A stretch of DNA of 64,000 bases from Octopus sinensis (Eukaryota), in NCBI RefSeq assembly GCF_006345805.1, contig NC_043000.1:143158001-143222000 (forward strand), written 5' to 3'. Each line of letters begins with the position of its first letter. Position 1 is the stretch's first letter. A program made the position numbers and the translations under genes. Positions 25,860-40,728 of the stretch are shown here, piece after piece. The notes below the pieces were generated by a model, which saw only the letters and a program-made list of their open reading frames with translations, had not been told where the DNA came from and searched no databases.

Positions 25860-25971
25860 GTTGTTGTTGTTGTTATTATTGTTGTTATTATTATTATTAT
25901 TATTGTTATTGTTGTTATTATTATTGTTATTATTATTATTATTATTATTATTGTTGTTGTTGTTATTATTA

Positions 25972-26020
<49 letters not shown>

Positions 26021-26021
26021 C
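25809..26021 (+). repeat. Mosaic (TTA/TTG)n trinucleotide array
   Basis: Visible directly in the sequence. Confidence 0.98.
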
Positions 26022-26030
26022 ATCATCTAA

Positions 26031-26440
26031 TAGTCTTATTTTTATCACGTACTTTCATTGCACTACCGAGCGCAGCTCTGTGTGCCTTGGGTCTGTGCTG
26101 TGGTTTGATGTGATGCTCTTATTTTCACTGTATTGGATGTGTTTTATGTAGGATGTGTGCGGTACCTAGTAGTGCTATTTTATGTATGTTAAATATACTT
26201 GTAAGTCTTGGTGCTTTTGTTATGTGTTTGTCTGACTGTTTTTTTTTATCATACCTAATGCGCCTGCTATGATAGGAATTGTTTCTGTTTTTAGGATCCA
26301 TATTCGAGTTACCTCTATTTCCAGATCTTTGTATTTTGAAAGTTTTTCCGTTTCTTTTAGAGATACATTGTTACTTGTTAGTTTAGATACATCGATTAGA
26401 AAGCATTATTTGTTTTTGGTGATCTCCGACAACTATATAC
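26031..26440 (-). mobile_element. 3' fragment of a second, diverged R4/Dong copy
   Basis: Homologous to 50200-50595 (endonuclease C-terminus plus 3' UTR CACTACCGAGCGCAGCTCTGTGTGCCTTGGGT); abuts the (TTA/TTG)n array at 25809-26021. Confidence 0.9.
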
Positions 26441-26899
26441 ATAAGCAAGTCTCTTGTACTGCAGACCCTTTTCGTCGGCCAAGTTTCCGAAGGAATTTAG
26501 CAGACGAAATGAGTGTTAGAAAACATTGTACATATACATTTGTAAAAGTGTGCAAGTGCATTTGTTCTCATATCGTACCACAACCGGAAACTGCCGAAAT
26601 CTGTCGTATACATATTTGTGTGTATGTTTGTGTTCCAAGCATCTACAGCAGAGAAACTACGAAAACAGCAATAATAACTAGAATTACAACTTTTCTTATT
26701 TGTATAAAGGTACAGATAGCAAGTAATGTACTCGCTGAAATCGACCTAAGTACCCGGCTTGTATCCATTTTATCGAGATTGGTGTAGAAGTTAAGAACAA
26801 AAATTAAATGGCTTCAGAGGGATTTGAACTCAAGCATATAAAAGTACTAAAGGGATTTGAACCGGCTTATTAACGATGTTGCAGCAACATCAATGAATT

Positions 26900-28100
26900 C
26901 AAATCGAACCATCGGACAAAGTCATGCATTCATGAGTACTACGAAGTACTAGTAATATTCTGGGATTAATGCTGGAATGTGATGAATGCTTTCTAAATTA
27001 CTTAGTGACAAGCAGATTGCGAAGGTCTTTACTTTTGCAGGCCTAGCAATCCTAATGCGCTTTGTACAACTGATGTTGAGTTTAAAGATATACAGGTTGA
27101 TGCATGTAAGGTAAAAATGGGAGTTTCAGTGGACAACAATAGTGTTCAAGATTAGAGAGAATTGAAGAAAATATTTATTGTGAAACACAATAGAAATGAT
27201 AATAGGAGGTATGTCAATTACTTTAAATGATTTCTGTCAGAGATGGTACGCTACTGACTAGTTCAGAGGAATTAAAGTTGTTATAACACTGGCAGAAGAA
27301 GCAAAAGAAAAGCAGGTTAGTGATTGTAGTATCTCCGTAAGTGAATATGAGCCATTTAATCGGATGGATTGTGAAATACTGGTTTTGATACGTGTGTGTT
27401 TAAGCACCATCCTAGATGTTTTGAACATTATTCTAATACGGGCTGAATTTCAATATTTATAGAGTCATCGGTTGATCCCTATTCTGGATATAACATTGTA
27501 TTTGCGATACAAATTTTGGGAGAGGGTTATTTTGAAAAATTATGAAAGTTAGTAAAGCCTGATATTTCTAGTGATTTTGATGGGCCTTAGTTGTGCAAGT
27601 TATCAATACCGTTTCCTTCAACGGTGTTTTTAATCGAGACAGGTTACTATGCTCCTGGAGGGTGTTACTGTGGTATTTGTTAGGGTAATAGCTAAAAATC
27701 TAATTTGAAAGTGGATGAATATTTTGTACGAACAATTAAAGAGTAAAAGGTAATAGTTCCATAGGACTGTATGGTTAAAGTTATAGAAAGTCGGTTATTA
27801 ACGTTGAAGAAAAAATTCAAGAACATCACGTAATTTGAAAGGCATGGTAGTTACGAGTAAGCCAGAGGTATAGTGTATGCCCTACTTGTGGGAAGTACTT
27901 GTGGGAATTACTTGGGAAGTACCCCACTCCCGGCCCCTATATCTTTATGAGCTTATACTGCAGACCCAAACGTGTCGCTCCCATAAAAGCGTCGCTCGGG
28001 GCGGACCAGATCCTGAGCCTCCCACCATCACAACACGCCACCCACCTACACTACCGAGTTAAAAGGTTAAAGGTCATAGGGAGCCCCACCAACACACTGT
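26900..28100 (-). mobile_element. Possible highly degraded LINE fragment
   Basis: Minus translation patch ITLTNTTVTPSRSIVTCLD*KHR*RKRY.. weakly resembles post-YADD RT regions; many stops. Confidence 0.3.
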
Positions 28101-28897
28101 AGCGAAATATTCAGACAAAAATCTTCTAATCCAAGAGTTTCAAGACACACACCTTCTGTTATAACAACTGAACTTTTAGATAGGAAATCAAACACGCAAC
28201 ACATTGTTATGCTATGTAGTAGCAGCAAGATTCACAGAGTAAGAAGAAAGCGGTTAGTGAACAAAGTCCACTATGTATTTTTAATTCCCAGCTGGAAACT
28301 TTTTCCATCGCATAATTTTGCTAATGCCCTTCTTATGAAGTCAGGAACGTCATAACTCTATTTTTCTCCTCTTCTTCATTATAATTCTCAGGCTTCATGC
28401 CAATGTAAGAAAGCCTTATTATAGGTGGCGGCCACTCAATCATTTAACATCTGTGTAATGATAAGAAGCAAAAAGAAAAAGAAAAAAAACAAAAACAAAA
28501 AAACACCTCCAAACAGACATATCGATTAATCACGTTTGGTGTGAACAGCTATCGATGTCGATTCGACTCGTCGGCAAATTGCTATCGCTTCGTGTGTAGA
28601 GTAGATAATGGTTGTTGTTGTTGTTGTTCTTGTTTTTGAAGATGATGTAGGAGATGAGGTGGACGATGGGAGTGGCGACGTTGCAGTTATTACTTTTCTT
28701 CACTTCGTGATTATCTTAAAGAGTAAAAGCTAAGACTCTGTCGGGTCTTATAGGTTTCCATACATAAGACAAATGAAATAAGGGTGTCTGTGAGCAGCAT
28801 TAGGAAGTGAGCTATTGATTACAGGTATTGTTAATTAACATTAAGTCTGCACTAATCAAAGGCATTCCGGCCTTGACCATCCGTCATGCCAGAGGTA

Positions 28898-29300
28898 TAC
28901 TCTTTTACTCTTTTACTTGTTTCAGTCATTTGACTGTGGCCATGCTGGACCACCGCCATTAGTCGAGCAAATCGACCCCAGGACTTATGCTTTGTAAGCC
29001 TAGTACTTATTCTATCGGAATCTTTTGACGAACCGCTAAGTTACGGGGACGTAGACACACCAGCATCGGTTGTCAAGCGATGTTGGCGGGGGGACAAACA
29101 CAGAAACACAAACACACACACACACATATATATACATATATATATACGATGGACTTCTTTCAGTTTCCGTGTACCAAATCCACTCACAAGGCTTTGGTCG
29201 GCCAGAGGCTATAGTAGAAGACACTTGCCCAAGGTACCACGCAGTGGGATTGAATCCGGAACCATGTGGTTCGTAAGCAAGCTACTTACCACACTGCCAC
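28898..29300 (-). mobile_element. SINE A, full copy
   Basis: Collinear with 19823-20225. Confidence 0.9.
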
Positions 29301-30201
29301 AGAACTTATATAAAAAAGGCATCTTGTGGTTTGAGGGAGATTTGAGTTATATTTCTAGAACGAATGACCCTGGCTCAAAGGCATTCACTCTGGTTCTGAT
29401 ACCATTGCCTCTGTGTTCATGAAGCAACGCTTGTGTGTAATGAGACAAAGGGGTGCAACTGGTAATGAGGGAAAGGAGAAAGCTGAAGTGTAAAGCGAAA
29501 GTGGAAGAGAGAGAGAGAGAGTGATAGAGAGAGCGGGGAGGGAGGGAGGGAGAATACATGTCTGCGTGAGAGAGAAAAAGGTAAAGTGGAAATGTATGTA
29601 CACAACGGAGATAGATGGTGGTGTTGGGGGTAAGGAGAAGACAAGAGAAATAAAGCGATAGAAATAAAGTTGGAAAGGAAATTTTGCATTAGCCAATTTA
29701 ACGGAGCTCTCTTATGGAGGGAGAGAAAGAGAGAGATAGATAAAGAAGAAGATAGAATGATTTATGTATAATATAAGAATTGCAATTAGATAATGGTGGT
29801 GTGATATCAGCAAGTATGTTACACCCTCTCGTAGGCGTCTCCCAGTTAAGCAGGTATTTAGGATTTCGGATTTAACTGTGCTATGCAAGTCCACTGCATG
29901 TCAGAATAAATCGGTAGTAGATTAAATTGACTACAATATTTGATTAGCATTTCTCAATGCGGGAAAAATCAAAATCGAAGTCGACCCCGACGAAATTTGA
30001 ACTCAGAACGTCTAGAGTTGGAACAAATACAACCCTAACGATCGATCCTGCTAAAACATTGCACCACTGATTAAATATGTTTAAGTTTTGAGTAATCATT
30101 TATTCATTTTTACTTTACTGAGGTGTGGTAGCTCCGATTTTGGCTGTATTGTTGTTGTCGCTGTACGTGTAGCCTCTTGTTAGAGTTTTCTATATTGGAT
30201 T

Positions 30202-30426
30202 GAGCTGGCAGAAACGTTAGCACGCCGGGCGAAATGCGTAGCCGTATTTCGTCTGCCGTTACGTTCTGAGTTCAAATTCCGCCGAGATCGACTTTGCCTT
30301 TCATCCTATCGGGGTCGATAAATTAAGTACCAGTTACGCACTGGGATCGATGTAATCGACTTAATCCGTTTGTTTGTCCTTATTTGGCCCCTCTGTGTTT
30401 AGCCCCTTGTGGGTAGTAAAGAAATA
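30202..30426 (+). mobile_element. SINE B
   Basis: Near full copy; GGATT duplicated at the flanks. Confidence 0.9.
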
Positions 30427-30814
30427 GGATTATAGTGGGGCAGAGAAAAGAGCAGACATTTTAACTCCTTCGTTGATGAGATGATGGTGGTGGTGAAGTT
30501 GATGCTGTTGATTTCTGTGTGGCTGAATATACAGGGAAAGGGGTAAGCAATGAAAGAGAAAAAATGGGGGAGATTAGGATCTGATTAGTGAAGGCGTTAG
30601 TAATGATGTACTGTGTTATGTAATCCTGAGGGTTAATACTTGGTATTGGAGATGGGGGGAAGAAATGTATGTGAGCTGTGAATTCGATTTTTGACTATAA
30701 ATGGTTGGGTTGCTTAACATAGGGGTTGCCATAACGGTAATGGTGTTTAACTTGTAGTGTAGTCCCAAATAAAGGCTGACTGAGAGCAAATATATTTTCA
30801 AAGTTTGAAACTAT

Positions 30815-30980
30815 AGGCGTAGGAGTGGCTGTGTGGTAAGTAGCTTGCTTACCAACCACATGGTTCCTGTTTCAATCCCACTGCGTAGCAATTTGGGCAA
30901 GTGTCTTCTACTATAGCCTCGGGCCGACCAAAGCCTTGTGAGTGTATTTGGTAGACGGAAACTGAAAGAAGCCGGTCGTA

Positions 30981-31023
<43 letters not shown>

Positions 31024-31244
31024 CTGTATATGTTTGTGTGTCTGTGTTTGTCCCCCCAACATCGCCTGACAACCGATGCTGGAGTGCTTACGTCCCCGTA
31101 ACTTAGCGGTTCGGCAAAAGAGACCGTTAAAATAAGTATTAGGCTTACAAAGAATAAGTTCTGGGGTCGAGTTGCTCGACTAAAGGCGGTGCTCCAGCAT
31201 GGCCACAGTCAAATGACTGAAACAAGTAAAAGAGTAAAAGAGTA
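30815..31244 (+). mobile_element. SINE A, full copy
   Basis: Head and tail intact; short AACTAT duplication at both flanks. Confidence 0.92.
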
Positions 31245-31610
31245 ACTATAACCAGCGCTTTTCTTTTAAGCTCTGTGTACGTGTATGTGTTTCTGCGCGC
31301 ACATACGACTGAGTGGACACATGAAAGAAAAGGGCACTCAGTCCATTTAGGAGTCGTGATATATACTGTTATTTAAAACAGTTTGATATAGCTACATGCT
31401 GAATGGTGCAGGCGTCGTACAGAAACCTGCTTTTACTGATTTAAGTTTCTGTACGAAGCCTAAGAAACTTTAAGTCGCATCTAACCAAATCAAACAGTTT
31501 TAAACGATGATAATAATGATAATGGTTGCTCCCGCCGGTTTCGACGTATGAGTGTTTGAAGGAGAGGACTTAAAGTTTAAGAGGATAATAGGAAAAAAAA
31601 AGAAACATTA

Positions 31611-31734
31611 AGATCACCATGTCGCAGACATATGGTTGTGATGCATGTGCCTGGTGTACCCTTATCAGACAAGTATTCATGAAGGATATTTGTACCCCTG
31701 TGTCAATTCGATGGTATGCACTGCTCTCTCACTC
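31611..31734 (+). mobile_element. Family T, 3' stub
   Basis: Reverse complement of the low-coordinate (3') end of the 53619 copy; ends CTGCTCTCTCACTC followed by (AGT)n(AAT)n. Confidence 0.75.
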
Positions 31735-31868
<134 letters not shown>

Positions 31869-32188
31869 ATGTGTGTGAGTGTTTGTGTGTATATGTGTGT
31901 ACTATTTATTTACTCTATGTTTACCTAACTTGGAGCTGTGCGGACTATACCGAACTGGCAAGGTGTCTCAATTTAAGTACCTAATTCAACTGAATGCTAA
32001 TTTTATATATATACATGTGTGTGTGTGTGTGTGCGTGCGCGTGCGTGTGTTTGTGTGTGTGTATGTTACATACATATATACATATCTATATACATCTATA
32101 TCTATATCTGTGTATCTATCTATCTCTATCTATCTATATAGATAGGTAGATAGATAGATATAGATATGTAGATATGTATGTAATATGC

Positions 32189-32220
<32 letters not shown>

Positions 32221-34132
32221 ATAATACATATATATATATATATATATATCGGAGTAACGCTTTCATGATATATATAACATGTCCTGGGTATATTTAGACC
32301 TGGTGGGGCCAAGGTTTAACCACTGCCGATTTCCTCCAAGGAATGGAAGAGATAGTCAGAGCAGAAATATAGGGAGAAAGAAGGGTCCTTTCATAAGACA
32401 CTATCATGTTGTCTTTGAGAAGTTTGAATTTCTAGAAAGAGCAGTCGAGCGACGATGTACATGCTACCTCGTTAGACCATTTCAGCTACTGTTGTCGAGA
32501 TAGCAGATGCAGTTTTCAAGCTCGTTTTGATGTTGTTATTGTTGTTGTCGTCGTTTAGCCTCAGTCCAACTACGATTATCTCGTTATTTCTGAAGTAGTA
32601 TATTGTTTTTGAATAAGAATATACTAAAGCTATATTAACCAATGTCTTAAAAAGAAAATAAAAAAAAAGGAAAAGAAAGAATGACAAAGAAGTTTGTAGT
32701 GTGGTTTGAGGGACATTTGGCTTCTATTTCGAACCGAAGAGGTAGAGTAATCAGGCAGATGTTCCCTCCTTGGATTATTTGTGGTTGTTTATTCTAGCTA
32801 GACTTAGTAGAAAACGAAGACATCTTTGGTTGTGGTGGTGGCCATTTGTTATCGCTGTCATGGTGAAAGAGAGAGAGAGAGGGAGAGAGAGAGGAGAAGA
32901 GACAGAGACGGAAGTGGTGAAGGAGAGAGAGAGAGAGAGAGAGAAAATGAGAGGGGTGAGAAAGCGAGAGAGACACTGCGATGGGGAGTGAGAGACGGAA
33001 CACATGGCCGATATTTTAAGACGCCATTAACACTGGCGTATCAATCAACTGCATCGACCTCTGATTGATATCCAACAAACTCTAGCTGCAGAGATAATCA
33101 ATAGAAGTTGATTGTGTGTAAAGTTGTCTGTGTGTATGTGTGTGTGTGTGTGTGTAAATGGATAAGGTGGCTATGTGTGACAGGCTGTATGAGGCTGACT
33201 GATGTGTGAGGAATGAATTGCGTCTGTATGTGTGCCTGTGCGTTTATGTGTGTGTCTTTTGTATGAGTCTCTCTGTGTGCTTTACTTCGAGAGTGAATAA
33301 ATAGTCGTATATGGCTTGTTATGTGTAGATCTCAGTGTTTAGCGGTTGTGTATAGAGTTAGCTGTGTGTGACAGGTTACGTATATGATTGGCAGTGTGCT
33401 GATTGCCTATATATGTGAAACTAGCTCTATGTATGTATGTGTGTGTGTGTATGAGTGTATGTATGCGGGATTAACTGTTTGACAAGTGTGTAGATGATTG
33501 TGTATGTGTACGTGTGTGTGTGTGTGCGTGAGTGTGTGTATTGGGTGTTATATGAGACGAATGTGTGCCTTGAGCTCTACTTGGATGAATGTATGCCCCG
33601 TGTGTGTGTGTGTGTGTGTCTGTGTCTGTGTGTGTGTAAATGTATGTGTGTGCGTGCGTGAGCGCGTGTATGTGTATGTGTGTGTGTGTGTTTGAAAGGT
33701 GTCAGAATGGCGAAAAGAGTTGGAAATCGATTTAAAGGTGATGGTTACGGGCAATGAGAAATTTTCTAAAGACAGATAGCCAGAAAGAGAGAGAGGGGGA
33801 GGAGAGGTGGCGGGAGTAATTGTAGTAGTAGTAGTAGTAGTAGTAGCAGCAGCAGTATTAGTAGTAGTAGTGAGAACGATACAGAGAAAGGGAGAAGGTG
33901 GGAGAGAAAGGAAGAAATATGACGGATACAATGAAAAGATACTGGTAACCCAAGTAATGGAGCATAATCTGGTGACTCGACCAGCTTGCTAGAAATAACA
34001 CGACACCATCCTCAATAGGGAGAGAAATCATTGGATAATGTGTTCAAATTACCTCGGAAGATGCAGAATGGTCGTGACTTTAATTGCAGGTCTGCAATAT
34101 TAGGGTTGTCTAAGGGCTATATAAAAGCAACA

Positions 34133-34235
<103 letters not shown>

Positions 34236-34449
34236 CATACATATATATACACATACATATATATATGTATGTGTGTATATATATATATATACATGTATAT
34301 GCATATACACACACATATATATATATATATATATATGTATATACATGTATATGCATATACATGTATATATATGTATATATATATATATCTATATATATAT
34401 GTATATATATATATGTATGTATATATATATATTCATTTATTTATTTATT

Positions 34450-34943
34450 ATATTTAAAAAATACAAAATGGGACAGGAACGCAAAACATCCAGGCAGTTA
34501 GGTGATACAAAAAAGAGACAACATAACATACAGATAGATGGTACAAAAAAAAAGACAAGGACTGTCTTTCGGAGTTTTCTTTCCTCAGTCGAGTTCCAGA
34601 TTATTTTTGCAATTTCGGCTGGTTATAATCGAGATTGCTCCCATCTGGCCATCCCCAAGGAAAAACTAAGCTAAGAGCATTCGATTCCTTGGAAGAAAGC
34701 AGCGAATGTATATGAAAACAAGGACGAAAAAAAACACCGAGAATGTTACTCAAATACAAGAAACTGGACATAACAACAGGTATCTTTCGACTAAGAACGA
34801 ATTAAGTTAAAGTGGAGTGTGTGGAAGTAAAGCCTTACGGCAGGGATACAAGATTTCACAGGCACAGGGAAGAATATAGATGTTGCACAGACGGCGGCCG
34901 AACCAAGAAAGAAAGGTCAGGCTTGGCCGAACACCGGTCACAA

Positions 34944-34974
<31 letters not shown>

Positions 34975-35150
34975 CACACATATATATACATTTATATAAA
35001 TGGAACAAAAACGTAATGGAGGACATTAAAACGTTCGGACAGATAGATGACACAAAGGCGGACAAGAGAAACAACAATTAGAAGTTCAGGCAAAACAAGA
35101 CAGGTCACCCCTTGGCTTTCTTTCCTCAGTCAATTTCCAGAAGTCCCGAC
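34450..35150 (-). mobile_element. Interspersed repeat(s) with two related TTTCTTTCCTCAGTC blocks; possibly Penelope-like remnants
   Basis: Related segments at about 34480-34600 and 35000-35140, both beside TA microsatellites. Confidence 0.35.
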
Positions 35151-35202
35151 CATTTCAGCAGTTACATATAGATATAGATATAGATACATATATAGTAAAT
35201 CA

Positions 35203-35410
35203 AAAGAGAAAATAAAAGTAAGCACAAAAACAACGTGAAGACGTGGTACATGTAATGTATTAGCAGACGCTCAGGAAAGGAAAGAAAGATGGTTTAATGT
35301 TTCAACCAGACGCTCTTCTTTGGAAACAGAGGAAAGTCCAATAGAAGGGAAGACGGAGGAAGAAAATCAAATCGCGAACGATTCACATGTGGTGACATTT
35401 TTAAATGACC
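35203..35410 (-). mobile_element. Repeat P2 copy with decayed hammerhead (35292-35327)
   Basis: Minus strand reads GTTT CCAAAGA A GAGC GTCT GGTT GAAAC ATT AAAC; collinear with 1545-1750. Confidence 0.55.
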
Positions 35411-35796
35411 GGAAGGAAATGGGTGAAGAAAAAGTTCTTTTAAGACTGGAGAGTGTGGGATAAAGAGGTATGTGTGTGTGTGTGTGTGTGTGTATGTGCA
35501 TGTGTGCAAGTCTGTGTGTGTGTGTAATAGGATGTGCGTGTGCGTATGTGTGTGTATATGTTGTGTGTTTGTGTGTGTGGTTTTTGCTGTTTATATGTGT
35601 ATATATGAGTGAAATTTGTGTCGCTTAATGTAGTAAGAAATATTTTGCAGCAGACTGTCCACACTGTAAGCCGGGCCCATTACTTAGTGGTCTGCCAGTT
35701 TCTGTGAGATTTTGAATCTTAAGATTATTTCCATTTCCAAGAGGTGCTGGGCATAATTGCCAACCGACAGTTATTAAACCCCTTCTAGAAACAGAA

Positions 35797-36020
35797 ATCA
35801 TCATCATCATCGCTTAATGTCCGCTTTCCATGCTGGCGTGGAATGAACAGTCTTACTGAGGACTGGTAAGCGAAGAGGCTGCACCAGGTTCCAATCTGAT
35901 CTGGCAAGGTTTCAACAGCTGGTTGCCCTTCCTAACGCCAACTACTCCGAGAGTATAGTGGGTGCTTTGTACGTGCCACCAGCACGGGAGCCTGTCAGGA
36001 GGCACTGGGATCGACTACGC
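35797..36020 (-). mobile_element. Repeat R
   Basis: Same motifs and (ATC)n terminus. Confidence 0.72.
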
Positions 36021-36438
36021 TCTTATAGTATTTGACATACCGATCTCTCTCTCTTTCTTTATATATGTATATACATACATACACACACGCACATATATAT
36101 ATATCTATAAATACATATTCATTCATACATATATTCATACATACGTACCTATGTATCTATACACATATCTGCTTATATATACATACAAACATTCATATAT
36201 ACATACATAAATACATACATATCATATAAGAGATGAAGAAGCGTATATTAAAAGCAATGCAAAGTAGAATCTCGATTTATTGAAATTATCTCCGCTTTCA
36301 GGGATTTTAGAACAAACGGTTTATGGCGACTTAAACCAAATACAAATGAAAATAGAAAATAATTTCACCAATCAGAAATTCTAGAAATTAGATATGCCTT
36401 ACTGGAAAAAGGCAATCACGTTGTCTGGAGACAGGAGG

Positions 36439-36486
36439 ACAGCTGTCGTTGCGTGTTTCTGCCTCAATAGGTTTCATCAGAACTGC
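36439..36486 (-). ncRNA. Type I hammerhead-like motif with GAC triplet
   Basis: Minus strand reads GCAGTT CTGATGA AACCT ATTG AGGCA GAAAC ACGCAAC GAC AGCTGT; 6-bp stem I including G-U pairs. Confidence 0.55.
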
Positions 36487-37225
36487 TGTTGCTCTACCTA
36501 GCTCCAGCACACGGGAAAACTTAGCTGTATACAAAAAGAGTATAGTATACCGACTGATACACACTATAAGACACCCATACAACACATACACACACACACA
36601 CACATACAACAGCATATCCTGAAGACGTAAATTGAAATGCATCTTCATGTGTGTATGACTTTATGTAATGGGGAAAATGCACACCATTGAAATCTTTGTT
36701 TATTACAAATATATAGCGATCCCCCCAAACTATTCAGAAGACATTTACACGAGAAGTATGTATTTAAGTCATTTATGACTTTATTATACCTTATACTCAG
36801 TTCAGTAAGTTTCGCGATGACGAATTAAATCGCTTATGCCAGTGTAATACAAAGGAAAAAATAAAGACATTGTGGTGTCCTTTCTTCAGCGGGAGGAAGA
36901 TACAGAGAAATGGAATCAATATTACTCCTTTTGAAATGTCTCTCACAAAGGCAGAGAAATCCACTTCTTCTTCTATCTTTCTCTCCCTCACACTCTCGCT
37001 CTTTCATACACACACATACATATACAAAATGTAAGTGATGAGGTGGGGAGGGAGAGAGAGAATCATTTGTTCAAATATAAGATAGTAAAATGAGAACAGA
37101 AAGGAGAGGCCAGATTAATAGTGATAGGGAAAAAAATCAACAACAATAATATCAATAGCAACAACAACAAAAACAATATGATAAAGCCAGAAATCACACG
37201 TCATACACAGGAGTCAGTGTGTGTG

Positions 37226-37257
<32 letters not shown>

Positions 37258-37265
37258 ATATATAT

Positions 37266-37301
<36 letters not shown>

Positions 37302-37967
37302 CATATATATATATAGATGTAGGTATGTACATATATGTATGTATATATGCATATATATTTATATGTTATTTTTATTATATATATAAATGTTTGTTTGTGT
37401 GTGTGTATGTGCGCGCCTGCATGCATACAGAAATAAATACGTATAGGTATATACGCATGCATACATCTGTATTATTCTCTACACTCACACACACACACAC
37501 AAATGCACATACACACGCATACATATACACCCACAAACATGTATGTGACTGGGTAATTGCATATAGATATAAATATTGTGGGTGTGTCTATATAAACAAT
37601 GTTATTAAATATATGCCTTGACCTGTGTATGTGTGCGCGTGTATATATATGTATATACATGTGTATATATATGTATATATATGTGTATGTGGTTGTGTGT
37701 GTATAATATTGTGCATACGCATAATATTGCATACGTATGTACATATGCATTTGCACACACATCAATTCACATCCACTCGCTTTATATACATGAATATTTA
37801 TAGACAACACGCACATTATATATATATATATGTGTGTATATATATATATATATATTATATATATATATATATTATATATATATATTATATATACACACAC
37901 ATACACTTATATGCAGATATGTGTGTATATGTATATACATACACTTATATATATGTATATATATACG

Positions 37968-38058
<91 letters not shown>

Positions 38059-38631
38059 AGACACACACACATACAAACACACACGTATATATAAGCACGT
38101 TCGTCAGCTGTCATTTGGATTATTAAGAACGTTATTTATAAAATACCAAATTTGTTGTGAGAGAAACGCGACCTTGGAAACGTATGCTTTATAGCTTGAT
38201 TTCACTATTTCTGGAACCAAACCATTATTCCGGTTATGAAAGCTAACTCATTCAACTTGACGCAATCTATCCGACTGGGGAACAGGTTATCAGCTCTCAT
38301 TCATCATTGCCTGACATTTTAGAGCGCAGCTGCACATGGAAAATAGAAAGTTACTGACAATACAGCTTCAGAAACTGTTAATAGATATATGTATATGTGT
38401 TTTCTTACACATGATCATATATACGTACATACGCGCACATATAAATATGTTTCAGCTTAAACGGGTGTTTCAGCCGTTCGATCGTTTTGGGTGGTGGTTT
38501 ATGAAGTGTTTCAGGCTTCGTAACGTGTTTTAAAACACTGCGTTCAGTAGTATGAGCCTTAACTTTATTGTAAAAGAGTACCGTAAAGATTGAGAGTAAA
38601 TTCATTTTATTTGGGTGTCACAATGTTATCA

Positions 38632-38943
38632 ACCACCTCACCAACAACAACACTGAACACCTTTTTGATCTCCATGTGTCTAACACACGTGGACATGCCT
38701 ACAAAGTCAGAAAACAAACACAGCTCCCATGACTTTCGGAAACATTTTTTCACGCTCAGAGTTGCTGAAGCATGGAATAAACTGCCTGCGTCAGTTGTTG
38801 ACTGCCATGACACTGCATCCTTTAAGGCCCTCATGCTTTCCGAAATCCGCCGAAACTACACCTGATTATACATACACTTTAGATGAGTTGTAGTGCACCT
38901 GAGCACTGTACACAATATTATTATTATTATTATTATTATTATT
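38632..38943 (+). mobile_element. CR1-type LINE 3' end with (ATT)n tail
   Basis: TRGHAYKVRK..FRKHFFTLRVAEAWNKLPASVV..SFK; 3' UTR GTGCACCTGAGCACTGTACACAAT(ATT)n; stub of the same end at 43108-43160. Confidence 0.85.
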
Positions 38944-39596
38944 TGAAGTACCGAACTCACCCCCTTCCAAGTGTATATCATTTGGAGAGAAATCACTATT
39001 CCAATTCTAGTCATACTACGTTATGTATTACATAAATATTTTTGTATTGTGTTTATGAGGAATTAGATAGTCTCAAATGAGTGTGTTGTGATGAAATTGT
39101 ACTTGACATTAGTCATTACTTACAACAATTAATTAATTAATTAATCAATCAATCAATCAAAACCTTTAGCTGAGTGAATTGTACACGTATAGCAAGAAAT
39201 AAAGCCGTCTCTGTCCGTCTTTTTTAGTCATCAACTACATTCAAGTCTCCTCTCTATATATTGTTGATATGGTTCGATCTCTTCTTTTTAAAATTTTTAT
39301 TGGTGATGTAGCGGTATTTTCCATAAAGGACCGTATTCACTTAAACCTCTTCACTTTCTGCCTTTTGACAATTTACAAAAAAGTTTCATGGCTCGGTTTT
39401 CCGAAAAGTCTCTTTCTTTTTATTTTCATTAGTTCGTTGTTCCTTATGTACATCATGGGGTGGTATCCTCTTATAACACCTTGAAACATTTCTTACTGTT
39501 ATCAACATACTATTAGTCATCACAGACAGTTGCTTACATAGAGATCTTGAAAGAATAACAAACACAGAATAATTGTATAAGTCAAACATTATCAAA

Positions 39597-39992
39597 TCTT
39601 TATATATAAAAGAGAAGTTGTGTGTCTGTCTCCTACGATTTAGATTCCTAACTACTCCCAGATTTTGCGGTGCAGTTTAACCAAAACCGGGTATCTTATA
39701 GTCGTGATTCATATCGAGCCCTTCTGGGTATTAGCGCGCGTCAACGATGAGTCTACGATTTAAAAAAAAAATACCATCATTTTTTTCCATTTTAATGCAT
39801 TTTTCGCTATTATATAAGGGAAGTAACTCTCTAAAAATGTCTACGATGAGTCAACGATTTAAAAAAAAATTTACCATCATTTTATTTCCTCTTTTAATGC
39901 ATCTTTTTGCTATTTTTTGGCTATAACTCTCTAAAAATGCTTATATAGTTATTTCCCTTACAAACCCGAGCAACGCCGGGCGATACTGCTAG
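39597..39992 (+). mobile_element. Non-autonomous Helitron
   Basis: Starts TC, ends CTAG, inserted between A and T. Subterminal hairpin CCCGAGCAACGCCGGG. Internal ~95-bp tandem duplication. No TSD. Confidence 0.85.
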
Positions 39993-40728
39993 TATTAAAT
40001 AAAAACCAGTCTGAGGAAACAAATGGTAAATTACGCCAGTCAAAAAGAAAAAAATCAGTAAAATTCTCAAATTTCTGTAAGTTGATATACCTTGTGGACT
40101 ATACCGTACCGTGTTCAACATTTTCACATAACTCATTCTTCTGTATCTCCTTAAATTACACTGACTTCCCTCCCAATGATTTGACTTTAAGCCTATGCTA
40201 TTTATCCAACTAACCATGACTGAACAATCTTGAGATTGCATCCTGTCTTCAGGCCAGATTTCTTGGCTTTTCTCGCTGCATTCTCTTCTTCCTATGGTTT
40301 ATACAAATTAGCAAACTCTATCAAATAATGCCTGTTAACACTAAAAAATAAATAAAATTATTAAAAAAAAACAAACGTTTATGCAGATTTCTCTCTATCA
40401 ATTTAACCATCTGAATATGACTGACACTGGCTTGAGAATGAGCAAGCTTTCCACTTATATATTAATTTCAAATACAATTATTGAATAAAAATGATACAAA
40501 TATTATGTTATTGATTACCATCAATAAAATTAATTAGATCAAACAATAGAAAATGTCACATTCAAAGATAAATTTAGTAAAATGGACAGAAACAAAAATA
40601 TGCTAAATGATTCTGAAAACTTTTGACAGCTGTTTAACCCTAGGTTTTTTTCCGTTTGAGCAGGCATATAGTCGAATATTTTCCAGTTGCATCAACATAT
40701 TTATGACTACATCAACCAATATTTTCAG

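Noticed and set aside
36614-36648. CTGAAGA..GAAATGCATC hammerhead-like motif
   Set aside because: Helix III palindrome is present, but helices I and II do not pair.
39225-39484. Hydrophobic ORF (INYIQVSSLY...)
   Set aside because: Composition is explained by T-rich sequence; no donor or recognisable domain.
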